From contig OZ243927.1 in the NCBI GenBank assembly GCA_965213925.1, positions 4,256,001 to 4,320,000 on the forward strand: DNA of 64,000 nucleotides, given 5' to 3'. Every line of letters begins with the position of its first letter. Position 1 is the stretch's first letter. The notes beneath the pieces are model-generated. The model saw only the letters and a list, made by a program, of their open reading frames with translations. It ran no database searches and had not been told where the DNA came from. A program made the translations under genes and the position numbers. Below are positions 30,993 to 41,089 of this stretch, one piece after another. The DNA is from Trueperaceae bacterium (GTDB taxonomy: Bacteria; Deinococcota; Deinococci; Deinococcales; Trueperaceae).

Positions 30993-31007
30993 TCTAAGGA
31001 GAGGTGT

Positions 31008-31196
31008 ATGAAGCGCGCGCTCATCCTCGCAATGCTTTTGTCAGCCTTTGCAAGTGGACACAGAGGGCAGACGGGCGGTGGGGACACGGGTCAAAACACT
31101 GCTGAAACGCTCTCGGAAAGTTTGGTACTGCGCCTTCCTGACGAACAGGTGCAGCTCTTTTTCAGCGTCGCGCCAGAGGTCTCTGAAAGCGACTAA
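31008..31196 (+). CDS. Short secreted-type ORF, possibly a truncated remnant
   Basis: AGGAGAGG RBS and signal-peptide-like N-terminus, but only 62 aa. Confidence 0.35.
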   Translation: MKRALILAMLLSAFASGHRGQTGGGDTGQNTAETLSESLVLRLPDEQVQLFFSVAPEVSESD

Positions 31197-31464
31197 GCAA
31201 GAATAGCGTTCGAGTAACGTCGTTTGTGACGGGCTCGAGAACTCCCGTAGGGCGTACGCATGTACGCCAATTCTTTGAAAGAAGTCGCTGCGACCCTTTC
31301 GAAACGAAAACAGAGTTCGCTCGAAGAGGGTATAAAGCCGAATTCTGTCCCTTAAAAAGTTACATATCGAATGCGAATAGGACGTCACGAATCTACATGC
31401 GTAAGCCCTGAAACTCCCGAAGAAGTCGCGCCCCCTCTACGCGCTTGTCTGCTAAACTATAGTT

Positions 31465-31797
31465 ATGGCTACAGTAACGCTCCCTGATGACCTTGCCGAG
31501 CGCGTTGAACCTTTTAGACAGTGGCTTCCAGTCGTACTCGAGATAAGCTTGCTGAGTCTCCAAACCTCAGCAAGCCGCACAGCAGGTGAGATTATCGCGT
31601 TTTTGAGTACCGGACCTTCACCGAGTGAAGTTGCAGCGTATAGAGCCTCTTCGCGTTCGCAAGAGCGCATGAGCCGCCTGCTCGCGCTTAACCAGGCGGG
31701 GCTTCTAGGAGAAGCTGAGACTGCGGAGTTGGACGAACTTTTAAGGCTCGAGGATTTGTTCATTAGCCTCAAAGCTGGACTCACCGAAAGGGCGTAA
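31465..31797 (+). CDS. Small helical protein, antitoxin-like partner of the HNH gene
   Basis: TVTLPDDLA N-terminus; Q.R...LL..N..G.L...E.AELD pattern; leaderless TAAACT. Confidence 0.75.
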   Translation: MATVTLPDDLAERVEPFRQWLPVVLEISLLSLQTSASRTAGEIIAFLSTGPSPSEVAAYRASSRSQERMSRLLALNQAGLLGEAETAELDELLRLEDLFISLKAGLTERA

Positions 31798-31803
31798 AGT
31801 GGT

Positions 31804-32214
31804 GTGAGTCCACCTTCTGCCGCGACTAGACGCGAGGTCAGAGCGAGAGCTGAAGAGAGATGCGAATACTGCTTGTTACCCGAGGACATCGCACTCCATT
31901 TTCACCAGATTGATCACATTATGCCTATACAGCATGGCGGCAGCGATGACCTCTCCAACCTCGCGCTCGCCTGCGTCTTTTGTAACCGGATGAAAGGACC
32001 GAACCTCGCGACGCTCGATCCAGAAACAGACGCACTGGTTGCTTTCTTCCATCCACGTAGTGATACCTGGACCGAACACTTCAGTTTAGAGGAAGGGCGC
32101 ATTGTCGGAAGAACCGTTAAAGGACGAGCGACGGTGCGTATTTTCCGTTTCAACGATGACATGAGGATAAAGCAGCGCCTTACCCTCAAGCGTCAAGGTC
32201 GGTATTCTCGATAA
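31804..32214 (+). CDS. HNH endonuclease (zinc-binding)
   Basis: CEYC...IDHI.P...GG....NL..ACVFCN..KG. Confidence 0.9.
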   Translation: MSPPSAATRREVRARAEERCEYCLLPEDIALHFHQIDHIMPIQHGGSDDLSNLALACVFCNRMKGPNLATLDPETDALVAFFHPRSDTWTEHFSLEEGRIVGRTVKGRATVRIFRFNDDMRIKQRLTLKRQGRYSR

Positions 32215-32248
32215 CGACTGCGACCATAACTCGCAGTCTATAGACTAG

Positions 32249-33142
32249 CTACGCCGCCGTTTCCTGCTGCCGCGCCGACTCCTCTTGCCCCGCTTGGTCC
32301 AGCGCACGAAAATCCTCGTCACTAAGCTCTAAAGACGCCGCCGCGACATTTTCCTCCAGGTGAGACACGCTACTCGTCCCAGGAATCGGCAGCATGACCG
32401 GGCTGCGCTTCAAAATCCAGGCGAGCGCCACCTGTGAGGGCGAGGCGTCTAGGTGCTGTGTCACCTCGTCCATCACGCTGCCTTTTTCGGCTAAGCTGCC
32501 CGACGCGAGCGGGAACCAGGGGATAAAGCCGATGTTCTCCCCCTCGCAGTACTCCAAGACCTCTTCGTGCTGGCGCGTCACCAGGTTGTAGAGGTTTTGC
32601 ACGCTCGCCACTTCGAAGTGTTCGCGCGCCGCTTTAATCTCCTCTACACTGACTTCGCTCAGCCCGACGTGGCGGATGAGGCCCTCTCGCTGCATCGCGG
32701 CAATCTCTTCAAACTGCTCCTCACGCGGCACTTTCGGGTCGATGCGGTGGAGTTGCCAGAGGTCGATACGCTCGACCTTTAGGCGGCGCAGGCTCATCAG
32801 CACGCACTGGCGCAGGTATTCGGGGCGACCCACGGGCGGCCACGCGTTCGGACCGTGCCGGGTCAGCCCGCCCTTCGTGGCGATGAGGAGCCCGTCGTAA
32901 GGATGCAGCGCCTCATAGAGCAAATCTTCGCTCACAAAAGGACCGTAAGAGTCCGCCGTGTCGATAAAGTTGACGTCCAACTCGGGTAGACGTTTCAGAA
33001 CGCGTAAGGCTTCGTCCTTGTCGTCGGGCTGCCCCCAAATACCCTCACCCGTGACACGCATCGCGCCGTAACCCAAACGGTTAATTTCAATGTCACCACC
33101 CAGCTTAAAGGTGCCGCTCGCCTTTGCACTAACCTCGCTCAT
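32249..33142 (-). CDS. Aldo/keto reductase
   Basis: RLGYGAM, DTADSYG, IATKGG, HRID, PIPGT; start at ATG 33142 with GGGAG RBS. Confidence 0.92.
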   Translation of the reverse strand: MSEVSAKASGTFKLGGDIEINRLGYGAMRVTGEGIWGQPDDKDEALRVLKRLPELDVNFIDTADSYGPFVSEDLLYEALHPYDGLLIATKGGLTRHGPNAWPPVGRPEYLRQCVLMSLRRLKVERIDLWQLHRIDPKVPREEQFEEIAAMQREGLIRHVGLSEVSVEEIKAAREHFEVASVQNLYNLVTRQHEEVLEYCEGENIGFIPWFPLASGSLAEKGSVMDEVTQHLDASPSQVALAWILKRSPVMLPIPGTSSVSHLEENVAAASLELSDEDFRALDQAGQEESARQQETAA

Positions 33143-33258
33143 AGACTTGCTCCCTTCGCAGGGGAGTGTAGCGCTGACCTGAAATCTTGTATGTAGGGAG
33201 CGTAACGATAAAGCAATCAGGAAAAAAGTTAAAAGCAACCTAGTCGAGCTGGGCGAAC

Positions 33259-33349
33259 GGCGAGCAGTGAGCCATGAGTTGAAAATCTCTGGTTTTCACT
33301 CACTACTCACCGTTCGTCCCCGAAAGGGGATTGCTCGGTACTCGTTGCT
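33259..33349. repeat. Degenerate heptamer repeat tract (GAGCAAT family)
   Basis: gagcagtgagccatgag...gattgctcggtactcgttgct. Confidence 0.55.
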
Positions 33350-33374
33350 GCCTTTTTGAGCTAAACTGGGAGGA

Positions 33375-34436
33375 GTGTTCGACAAACTTCTCAATTACAT
33401 TTCCAAAGCGACGAGCGTGCAGCCTCAGTACACCTCGGAGCACTGTCTCGTCGTGACGAGAGCGGTGGGCGGCTGCAAGGTCTGCGCCGACACCTGCCCG
33501 CACAACGCCATCACTATCAAGCGCCAGGTCGAGATTGACGACATCGACTGTACGGGTTGCGGGCTCTGCGTGCAGGCGTGTCCGTCACAAGCTCTGGAGA
33601 GCAGCGTGTCATATCAGCCGGGTGCGCCTCTAAAGTGTTCACAGGTGCGCGGCTCGGCGCAGAGCGTGCAGTGCTTGGCGCGGCTCCAACCCTCCGACCT
33701 CTTGCGACTCGCGAGCAAAAAGGGCAAGGTGACGCTGGTTCGAAATGAATGTGAGGGGTGTAAAATCGGCGCGGCGGCGGTGAAAGAGGCCGTTGACGCG
33801 CTGTTCGAGCGCGCAGAGACGCTGGCGCAACTTAAAGGGCTCGAGCTAGAAACGAGCGTTCTCGTAACCGAGCACTACGATACCACCGACAACCCCGACC
33901 CCGTAAGCCGCCGCGACCTCTTGCGCGGCGGCTGGCGCGGGGCGCAGCGCGGCGCTGCCGACGTGCTCGCGCCCCTAGAGGTCTTAAACGCCGCTGAGGA
34001 GGCGGAAAAAGGGCTCCCCACCGAACTCAAAAAGCACTACGGGCTCATCGAGGCGGCGAAGCCTGCGCCCGAGACGCCCGTTCCTTGGATCTTGCCCCGC
34101 GTCGCGGAAGGCTGCATTATGTGTCCGGTCTGCACGAACGTCTGCCCGACCGGAGCCTTTCACCGCGAGTTGGAGCCCGTGCAGGTGGGGGGCGGCGTTT
34201 TGAAGCTCGAGCCCGAACGCTGCAACGGCTGCAACGCCTGTGTGACCTCCTGTCCGGTCAAGGTCATTTCACTAGACGAAGAGGTGACGTGGGCGGAGCT
34301 TTCGGGCGGACCGGAAGAGGTCTACCGGAAGGACGGAAGCGCGGCGCAAGGAACCGTCGCGCGCGCGCCACGAGCTAGGAAACCTGCAGAGGATTCATCT
34401 AAAAATCCAGTAGACGACTCGTCAAATAACCCCTAA
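33375..34436 (+). CDS. Multi-[4Fe-4S] ferredoxin-type protein
   Basis: CKVCADTCP, CTGCGLCVQACP, CIMCPVCTNVCP, CNGCNACVTSCP. Confidence 0.88.
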   Translation: MFDKLLNYISKATSVQPQYTSEHCLVVTRAVGGCKVCADTCPHNAITIKRQVEIDDIDCTGCGLCVQACPSQALESSVSYQPGAPLKCSQVRGSAQSVQCLARLQPSDLLRLASKKGKVTLVRNECEGCKIGAAAVKEAVDALFERAETLAQLKGLELETSVLVTEHYDTTDNPDPVSRRDLLRGGWRGAQRGAADVLAPLEVLNAAEEAEKGLPTELKKHYGLIEAAKPAPETPVPWILPRVAEGCIMCPVCTNVCPTGAFHRELEPVQVGGGVLKLEPERCNGCNACVTSCPVKVISLDEEVTWAELSGGPEEVYRKDGSAAQGTVARAPRARKPAEDSSKNPVDDSSNNP

Positions 34437-34466
34437 CTTTTCATGCTAAGGGCGTAAGATAGCAGC

Positions 34467-34709
34467 GTGACGGTAGACACTTGGGTTTTAGAGGCGCTAA
34501 GAAGTGCTGGCAGTCGCGGTTTGACCCTGCGCGAAGTGCAGCGCTATATCGACGAGCACCGCTACGAAGAGCTTGCGGTGGATACGCTGCGGCGCTCACT
34601 CAATCACCTGAAAGAGCAGGGCAACGTCGAGCAGCAAGATGAGCGTTACGTCGCCGTATCAAAAACGAGTAAGGAAGACGCACTTAAAAAGCTATTCGGA
34701 GATGCTTGA
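34467..34709 (+). CDS. Small hypothetical protein (winged-helix-like)
   Basis: TAAGAT 6 nt before GTG; GLTLREVQ...TLRRSL..L...G.V pattern. Confidence 0.6.
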   Translation: MTVDTWVLEALRSAGSRGLTLREVQRYIDEHRYEELAVDTLRRSLNHLKEQGNVEQQDERYVAVSKTSKEDALKKLFGDA

Positions 34710-34883
34710 GGCTTCATACTTAGGACAAATAGTGAGTACAAACCACGTTTCGCCGTCTCTCGCGGTTTAGGCTACAGATATCCAGAGCATGGGGCGCGCC
34801 ATACATCGTTGTCTGGTCCATCCAGAAATGTGTGGCAAAAAAAGCGCCGCGGAAGGTACAAAAACCCGCAAGGAGGGGCAAAC

Positions 34884-35732
34884 GTGGCACAAACAGGCGA
34901 AGGAGCAAGGGACACCGCGGACAAAGCGTCATCCGGTGAGGTGGCGGCGTGGGTCAAAGGGCTCGCGCGGTTCGGTTACGCGGCGAAGGGAATCGTCTAC
35001 GCCATCATCGGCGTTTTAGCGGCACAAGCGGCGTTCGGCGGCGGAGGGCAGACGACCGGACAGTCGGGTGCGCTGCAACAGGTGGTGAGTCAACCGTTTG
35101 GGCGCATCATGCTAGGTGTCGTCGCGGTGGGACTTGTTGGCTACGCGATTTGGCGCTTAGTGCAGGCGATCATGGACCCCGAGCAAGAGGGGACGGATGG
35201 CGAAGGCATCGTTAAACGCATCGGTTTCGCGATTAGCGGGCTTGTCTACCTAGGTCTCGCCTTTACCTCGTATCAGATTATTCGCGGTACGGGCGGCGGA
35301 GGCGGCAGCAGCGCCGAAGACTTCACGGCGCGGCTCATGTCGCAACCGTTCGGGCGGTGGATGGTGGGCATCGTCGGGCTAATTATCATCGGCGTCGGCT
35401 TTTTTCAGCTTTATAAAGGGTTCGCCGCGAAGTTCCGCAAGGACTTAAAAATCAGCGAGATGGGCGACACTGAGGAGACTTGGGCGACGCGAGCGGGGCG
35501 TGTCGGGCTCGCCGCAAGAGGTGTCGTCTACGGTGTCATCGGTGTGCTGCTCATTCAAGCCGCGTTGCAAGCGAACCCGCAACAAGCGGGCGGGTTAGGG
35601 CAAGCGCTCAGTACGCTGGCGCGCCAGCCTTATGGCCCGTGGATTTTGGGTCTCGTCGCGCTAGGTCTTATCGCCTATGGCGCTTACGCCGCTTTAGTGC
35701 TGGCGCGGTTTCGTAAAATCGAGGTGCGTTAA
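34884..35732 (+). CDS. DUF1206 membrane protein
   Basis: Repeated ARFGYAAKG.VY / QPFG units; AGGAGG RBS before GTG 34884. Confidence 0.85.
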   Translation: MAQTGEGARDTADKASSGEVAAWVKGLARFGYAAKGIVYAIIGVLAAQAAFGGGGQTTGQSGALQQVVSQPFGRIMLGVVAVGLVGYAIWRLVQAIMDPEQEGTDGEGIVKRIGFAISGLVYLGLAFTSYQIIRGTGGGGGSSAEDFTARLMSQPFGRWMVGIVGLIIIGVGFFQLYKGFAAKFRKDLKISEMGDTEETWATRAGRVGLAARGVVYGVIGVLLIQAALQANPQQAGGLGQALSTLARQPYGPWILGLVALGLIAYGAYAALVLARFRKIEVR

Positions 35733-35764
35733 AGGTTTCGTCAAACGTTTTTTCGCATTCTGGA

Positions 35765-35809
35765 CATACAAAAGGCTCGAGTCAACACTAAAACTCGAGC
35801 CTTTTGTAT
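35765..35809 (+). terminator. Stem-loop terminator
   Basis: atacaaaaggctcgagt...actcgagccttttgtat. Confidence 0.65.
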
Positions 35810-35841
35810 CCTCTCCGCGGTGTGACGCGGCCGTCAAATAA

Positions 35842-35966
35842 TACGGAATTGCATGATTTACTTATCCTTACGGAGGGCGTTAGAGCTTTTCAGCGAAGCG
35901 CCGAGTTTACGTCCCACCACAGATGGGCACGGCTTAGTTTTGCAAACTAAGCCGTGCAACCTCGTA
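35842..35966. mobile_element. MITE family B copy 2
   Basis: Same termini as the copy at 23076; TSD TAA/TAA. Confidence 0.8.
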
Positions 35967-36036
35967 TAACAAACGCAAGTCAGCCTCCCTCACAAAATTT
36001 TGTCCAGCGGGAGCGAATAATAGAGAGGGAGGCTCT

Positions 36037-36291
36037 ATGCTACTCGTTCTAGGTATCATCTCGCTCGCCGCTGCCGCGCTCGGACTGCTCTGGTTTACAC
36101 GTGCAAGAAATAAAAGGGATCAAACCTCCACCGAACAGGCGGACTTAAACCGTGCCGGCAGCCTTATCTTCACCTTCGTCAGTCTTGTCGTCGGCGCGGT
36201 CTCGCTCGTTCTCTACTTCACGAATTTCCCGGACTCCGCCGGGCAACTTGACGGGGCAAGCCTATATATAACGTTCAGGTGGAGCATATAG
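36037..36291 (+). CDS. Small 2-TM hypothetical protein
   Basis: GGAGG RBS; two hydrophobic segments. Confidence 0.6.
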   Translation: MLLVLGIISLAAAALGLLWFTRARNKRDQTSTEQADLNRAGSLIFTFVSLVVGAVSLVLYFTNFPDSAGQLDGASLYITFRWSI

Positions 36292-36307
36292 AGGAGTCCA
36301 TAAGCCT

Positions 36308-37045
36308 ATGATCGTCGCCGTCGTGCTCGGCGGCTCGGACCGTGACGACTCGCTCGCTAGAGAGGCGGGCGTCGCCGCGAAAGCGCTCGTCCCCATTGGC
36401 GGCAGACCGATGGCGAGCTACGTTTTAGAGGCGCTGCGCGAGAGCGCGGCGATTTCAGCGTCTATTTATGTAGGCAGTGCAACGCCCGAGATACGCGCGC
36501 TAGCGGCACAAACCCTCGAGTCGGGCGAGAGCTTAACGGCGAGTTTGAGCGTGGGGCTGGACGCGGCGAAAGCGCTACGCCCGGAGCGCGTGCTCGCGGT
36601 TTCCGCCGATCTGCCCTGGCTTACGGCTGACACGGTCGATACCTTTATTAGCGATGCGCCCAAAGCCGCGGCCGTTTATCCCATCATTCCCAAAGAGGTC
36701 GCCGAGCGGCAGTTTCCGGAACAAAAGCGCACCTACGCCAAGTTAAAAGAGGGCGCGTTTACGGGCGGCAACGCGGTGCTTTTAGAGCCGCGCATCTTGC
36801 CGACCTTACTCCCTTTCGTCGACCGCGCTTACGAAGGACGCAAAAACCCGTTCAGCTTAGCGAAACTCGTAGGCGTTCGTTTTGCGCTTCAACTCGTCAC
36901 GGGCAGGCTCACAGTCACTGCCTTGGAGCGCCGTATAAGCGAGATTTTAGGGATGAGCGTGCGCGCTTTTCAGAGTCAAGATGCGGCGCTCGGCGCGGAC
37001 GTGGATAAGCCCGAACACCTCAAAACTTGGCGCAAACGGGTTTAA
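36308..37045 (+). CDS. MobA-like NTP transferase
   Basis: AVVLGG...KALVPIGGRPM, ADLP, DVDKP. Confidence 0.82.
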   Translation: MIVAVVLGGSDRDDSLAREAGVAAKALVPIGGRPMASYVLEALRESAAISASIYVGSATPEIRALAAQTLESGESLTASLSVGLDAAKALRPERVLAVSADLPWLTADTVDTFISDAPKAAAVYPIIPKEVAERQFPEQKRTYAKLKEGAFTGGNAVLLEPRILPTLLPFVDRAYEGRKNPFSLAKLVGVRFALQLVTGRLTVTALERRISEILGMSVRAFQSQDAALGADVDKPEHLKTWRKRV

Positions 37046-37184
37046 GGGGTAGTGATACGGGTCTTTCGAGACCCACAATGCGACGTGACGAGTGAAAGTT
37101 ATCGCAGTTTTACGCGGCAATCTCGAGCACAATAGACTCTAGGATTATGACGACGCTTCTCCACAACGATTCGGGTGACCCTTC

Positions 37185-37988
37185 ATGCGCGTTTTAGCCC
37201 TCTTCGCGGACCGTCAGCAAGGGCGCGCGCTGGGCGAGCGCTTTTACGCGCGCTTCGGCGACAAGCTAGACATGCACGTGCTACCTGACGCTTTCTCCGC
37301 GACGGAGAAGTTGGAGCGCTTTACCCCAGACCTCATCATCTGCGCCGCGAAAGTTGGCAAGATGAAAGGGCTGGACTTTCACGCCTTTATCCGCCGCGAT
37401 CCCAAGTTCCAGCAGGCCGCCTTTATCTTGCTCGACTCGGACGCGAAAGACAAACTCGCCTCGCCGCTCAGCGCCGCCTTACACACCTACGCGCCGCCCG
37501 AAGAGGTGTTGCGCGCGGCCTTTAAGCTGATGCTCAGTAACGGCAAGCTGCGCGACACGCGGCACGACTCGAGGGAGCACACCCCGGTCAACACGCCGCT
37601 ACGCGCCTCGGGACGTCCCGACATGACCTCTAGCGCCAAGGCGTCGGGCTCGTTCGAAGTGCTCACCCTCTTCGACCTCGTGACCTCGCTCACGCAGAAG
37701 AAAAATTCGGGCACGCTCCTCTTGCGCCTAGGTTTAACCAACGCCACCCTCGTTTTCGACGCGGGTCAGCTCGTTCACGCTCGCTTTGGCAGCGCATCTG
37801 GCGAAGCGGCGCTCATCTCGAGCTTCTTAGCCGCCGAAAGCGACCCCGATGCGAGCTACGAATTCGTTAAAGACAGCCCGCCCTTACCCGAGGAAGCGTA
37901 CACGCTGCACGCGCCCGTGCAAGAGCTGCTCCTCACCGTCGCCGTCAAACTCGATCATCACCGCTTGGGCGAACCCGAACTGAGCTAG
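37185..37988 (+). CDS. Receiver-like domain plus DUF4388 (PATAN) protein
   Basis: PDLII receiver-like N-terminus; LFDL...L......GTL.L...G.LVHA.....GEAAL in the C-terminus. Confidence 0.7.
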   Translation: MRVLALFADRQQGRALGERFYARFGDKLDMHVLPDAFSATEKLERFTPDLIICAAKVGKMKGLDFHAFIRRDPKFQQAAFILLDSDAKDKLASPLSAALHTYAPPEEVLRAAFKLMLSNGKLRDTRHDSREHTPVNTPLRASGRPDMTSSAKASGSFEVLTLFDLVTSLTQKKNSGTLLLRLGLTNATLVFDAGQLVHARFGSASGEAALISSFLAAESDPDASYEFVKDSPPLPEEAYTLHAPVQELLLTVAVKLDHHRLGEPELS

Positions 37989-38181
37989 GTACAAATGCGC
38001 TTAGAGAAGAGGACGGCGCTACCGGGCTCGTCACCCGGTCGAGGCGCACCCAACTATCTGGTCATCCGCCGAGCACGCCGCTGCAATAGCCGGGAAGCCT
38101 GCAACGTTTATCTTCTCTTGGTGTACACTATTCTCAGCATCACAATTTTATTTGAACGAATTTCAAATCAAGAGGTGTATC

Positions 38182-38700
38182 TTGCAACGAGTCGCTATTT
38201 TCATCGACGGCAGCAATCTGTATAACGGCATGAGGGAAAACCTCTCTAACACCAGAGTCAACTTGCAAAGCTTCGTTCAACAGCTTTTGAGCGAGCGAGA
38301 CTTAGTGCGTATTTACTACTACAACGCGCCCTTGACCGACGATTACGAGAGCGACCTGCGCGAAGGGCAGCAGCGCTTTTTCGAGTCGCTACGGCGCATT
38401 CCTTATGTGACGGTGCGTTTAGGACGTCTGCACCGCCGCCACGACGGGTCATTGGTGGAAAAAGGCATCGACGTGGCGATCGCCGTTGAATCTTTAGCCC
38501 TCGCTTACGAAGACGCTTACGACACGGCGCTCATCGTGAGCGGCGACGGCGACTACGTGCAACTCGTCGAGGCGATCAAGCGCAAAGGCAAGCACGTGGA
38601 GTGCGCGATGTTTCGCAATCAGTCGGCGGGCGTGTTGTTGGAATATGTGGACGTGTTTCACCCGTTGGATGACCTTAACTGGTCGAAGGTGCTGTTTTAG
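38182..38700 (+). CDS. NYN domain (LabA/DUF88) protein
   Basis: FIDGSNL, EKGIDV, SGDGDY; TTG start after GAGGTG. Confidence 0.9.
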   Translation: MQRVAIFIDGSNLYNGMRENLSNTRVNLQSFVQQLLSERDLVRIYYYNAPLTDDYESDLREGQQRFFESLRRIPYVTVRLGRLHRRHDGSLVEKGIDVAIAVESLALAYEDAYDTALIVSGDGDYVQLVEAIKRKGKHVECAMFRNQSAGVLLEYVDVFHPLDDLNWSKVLF

Positions 38701-39016
38701 GGAGAAGAGGTGTGTCGTACGGAGGCTCGAGCTTCCCCTACCCGCAAATATAAATATCGACCTCGCCAGACGAATGATTCAAGAGAGTGTTGCCGAACGC
38801 AAACTCAATGTCACACTACAAGACACTCTCAACGCTTTTCCAGGCTCTACTCACTGGCACCTCAAACGGGGGCGTCAAGTGGGTATTTTGGAAGTCACCT
38901 TTTGGTCTGAGCAGCGCCGCATCTGGTTCTCTGTTCACAAAAACCGCACAGCACCCTGGATTGAAGAAGAGGTAGACGCCTATGAGCTTTTGCGACGCCG
39001 TCTTGCCAGTGCTTAA
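38645..39016 (+). CDS. Hypothetical protein (start uncertain)
   Basis: Open frame containing FPGSTHWHLK..G.LEVT.W; no clear start codon next to the RBS. Confidence 0.45.
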   Translation: MWTCFTRWMTLTGRRCCFREKRCVVRRLELPLPANINIDLARRMIQESVAERKLNVTLQDTLNAFPGSTHWHLKRGRQVGILEVTFWSEQRRIWFSVHKNRTAPWIEEEVDAYELLRRRLASA

Positions 39017-39102
39017 ACCTTCGTTCTCATCTCACGAGTACATACAGCCTGCATAATCTTTCTTATCTCAACCTCTTGGTGCGATAAGAAAGGCGGTCAA
39101 AT

Positions 39103-39960
39103 ATGAGCAAGGTGTACCTCATCACTGGAACGAGTAGCGGCTTCGGGCGGGCGTTAGCGGAAGCTGCATTAGCGCAGGGCAACCAAGTTGTTTTGACGGC
39201 GCGTAGACCTGAAAGCGTCGCGGAGCTTGAGCAAGTTGGGGGCGAAAACGCACTCACCGTCAAGCTCGACGTGACGAGCGCCGAGGATAGACAAGCCGCG
39301 GTAGACGTCTCGGTAGAGCGCTTCGGACGCTTGGACGTTTTAGTCAACAACGCCGGACGCGGTAGCTTGGGCGCGGCGGAGGCGTTTTCAAGCGAGCAAC
39401 TTAGGGCTCAGATGGAGGTCAACTTCTTCGGCGCGGTAGAGATGACTCGCGCGGCGCTTCCCGTAATGCGTGAGCAAAAAAGCGGACACATCGTAAACAT
39501 CTCGAGCGTCGGCGGTCTCGCCGCTGTAGGCGGCTTCTCGCTCTACTGCGCGTCGAAGTTTGCGCTCGAGGGCTTCTCGGAGAGCCTCCGCGATGAGGTC
39601 GCGCCTCTAGGCATCTTTGTGACCATCGTCGAGCCGGGCGCGTTCCGTACCGAGTTCGCGGGCGACGCGAATATGCAACCCGAAGAAAATATCGACGCCT
39701 ATGAGAGCGTTATCGAGCCTATTCGTCAGTATCTTTACGGCAGCAGCGGTCAGCAGCCCGGCGATCCGCGTAGAGCGGCGCTCGCGATGATTCAAACGGT
39801 AGAGAGCGACACGCCCCCGCTACGCCTCATGCTCGGCGCGGACGCTTACGGGCTGTGGGAGAAGAAGCTTTCGGAGATGAACGAAGAGCTTGCGCAGTGG
39901 CGTGAGGTGGGCGAGAATACGGCGTTTCCAGATGCAGAGGTAGGCACCATCGGCGGCTAG
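39103..39960 (+). CDS. Short-chain dehydrogenase/reductase
   Basis: ITGTSSGFG, NNAG, YCASK. Confidence 0.92.
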   Translation: MSKVYLITGTSSGFGRALAEAALAQGNQVVLTARRPESVAELEQVGGENALTVKLDVTSAEDRQAAVDVSVERFGRLDVLVNNAGRGSLGAAEAFSSEQLRAQMEVNFFGAVEMTRAALPVMREQKSGHIVNISSVGGLAAVGGFSLYCASKFALEGFSESLRDEVAPLGIFVTIVEPGAFRTEFAGDANMQPEENIDAYESVIEPIRQYLYGSSGQQPGDPRRAALAMIQTVESDTPPLRLMLGADAYGLWEKKLSEMNEELAQWREVGENTAFPDAEVGTIGG

Positions 39961-40037
39961 AGGGGTATTTTGGCGCTCGAGAAGCGGTTAATACGGTTCT
40001 CGGTGATTCCCGTAAGAATTGACCCGAGTGTAACTAT

Positions 40038-40202
40038 TACACTGTCAACTAAGTATTGATACTTCTTACTGATGTCACCCTGAGCCGAAGGCGTAAGGGT
40101 CTCGTCTTGCAGTCTCGGCTGGTTGGGAATAAAAGACGAGATTCTTTCACTCCACTTCGTTGCGTTCAGAATGACATGATTCATCTTTTAGTCGACAGAG
40201 TA
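40038..40202. mobile_element. MITE family C copy 1 (outer TIR plus inner TGTCA palindrome)
   Basis: TACACTGTCAACTAA...TTAGTCGACAGAGTA with CTAT on both flanks. Confidence 0.75.
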
Positions 40203-40353
40203 CTATAGCGATTAACGCAAGTACTGAGTTTGAATCACGCTTACGAAGTTTTGCCTCCGGCAAAAGTATCATCACAACTAAGTGCGTGCTAGAGCGTGCG
40301 CTCTCCTCTCAGATTGGCTCAAACCAAATGATACTTGCTATAATTGAAAAGAC

Positions 40354-40443
40354 TACGGATTCCGATGAGCTTCACAGCAGTACTCCCGTCGGAAACGGAA
40401 CCAACTTTGCAAGAGTTTATGCAGTAATCAATCGGAACCCGTA
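40354..40443. mobile_element. Short degenerate family A-like MITE
   Basis: TACGGATTCCGAT...ATCGGAACCCGTA; TSD not conserved. Confidence 0.6.
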
Positions 40444-40523
40444 TAAGTGGAATGATAGATTCGTTGCTTTCAACCCACCTCTATTCTCACCCTACAGCGC
40501 CGCCGAACAGCAAGTAGATACGT

Positions 40524-41069
40524 TTAGAGACCCGTGTAAATATCCGAGAAAGCTAAAGAGGTCTTAAGACACCCGAACTCAACCTCATCCGTTTCACGCC
40601 ACACCTGCGCTTTCCAGCCCTCAGGCGTGCGGATATAGCCCTCGACATGTGGTGTCTGCGCGTCAATCATGATGTAGCTGGTCAGACTAGGCAGGGTAAA
40701 ATACGCCTCGGCTTTCTCGCGTCTATCTATACCAGATGTCGAGGGAGACAAAACCTCCACGATGAGACAGGGGTGTTCTTTGTAATAGGCGTCGTTTTCC
40801 TGTTCACAGGTGACGAGCAGGTCGGGATAGTAAAAGCGCCCTTCGGGAATACGCACTTTCATGTCGGTGGTGTAGAGTTGGCAGCCTTTTTGCTGGCTTG
40901 CGTCGTCCAAGCGCTTGATTAGGTTAATGATGATGCGAACATGTCTATCGCTTGCGCCCGCAAACGCAAAGAGCCGCCCACGAACGTACTCGTGCTTAAC
41001 TGGAGAGGTCTTTTCACCTTCCAAGTATTCCTCTATGCTCACGAAGTCGAGAACTTTCGCGGTGCTCAT
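40524..41069 (-). CDS. Uma2/DUF820 PD-(D/E)xK nuclease-like protein
   Basis: EEYL..E, KHEY..G, YYPD, VEVLSPST..D..EK..Y. Confidence 0.9.
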   Translation of the reverse strand: MSTAKVLDFVSIEEYLEGEKTSPVKHEYVRGRLFAFAGASDRHVRIIINLIKRLDDASQQKGCQLYTTDMKVRIPEGRFYYPDLLVTCEQENDAYYKEHPCLIVEVLSPSTSGIDRREKAEAYFTLPSLTSYIMIDAQTPHVEGYIRTPEGWKAQVWRETDEVEFGCLKTSLAFSDIYTGL

Positions 41070-41089
41070 AACTTTATTTTAGCGCTTTT

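Noticed and set aside
38182..41069. Defence island built from the NYN and Uma2 nucleases
   Set aside because: Both are common solitary genes, lie on opposite strands and are separated by an SDR.
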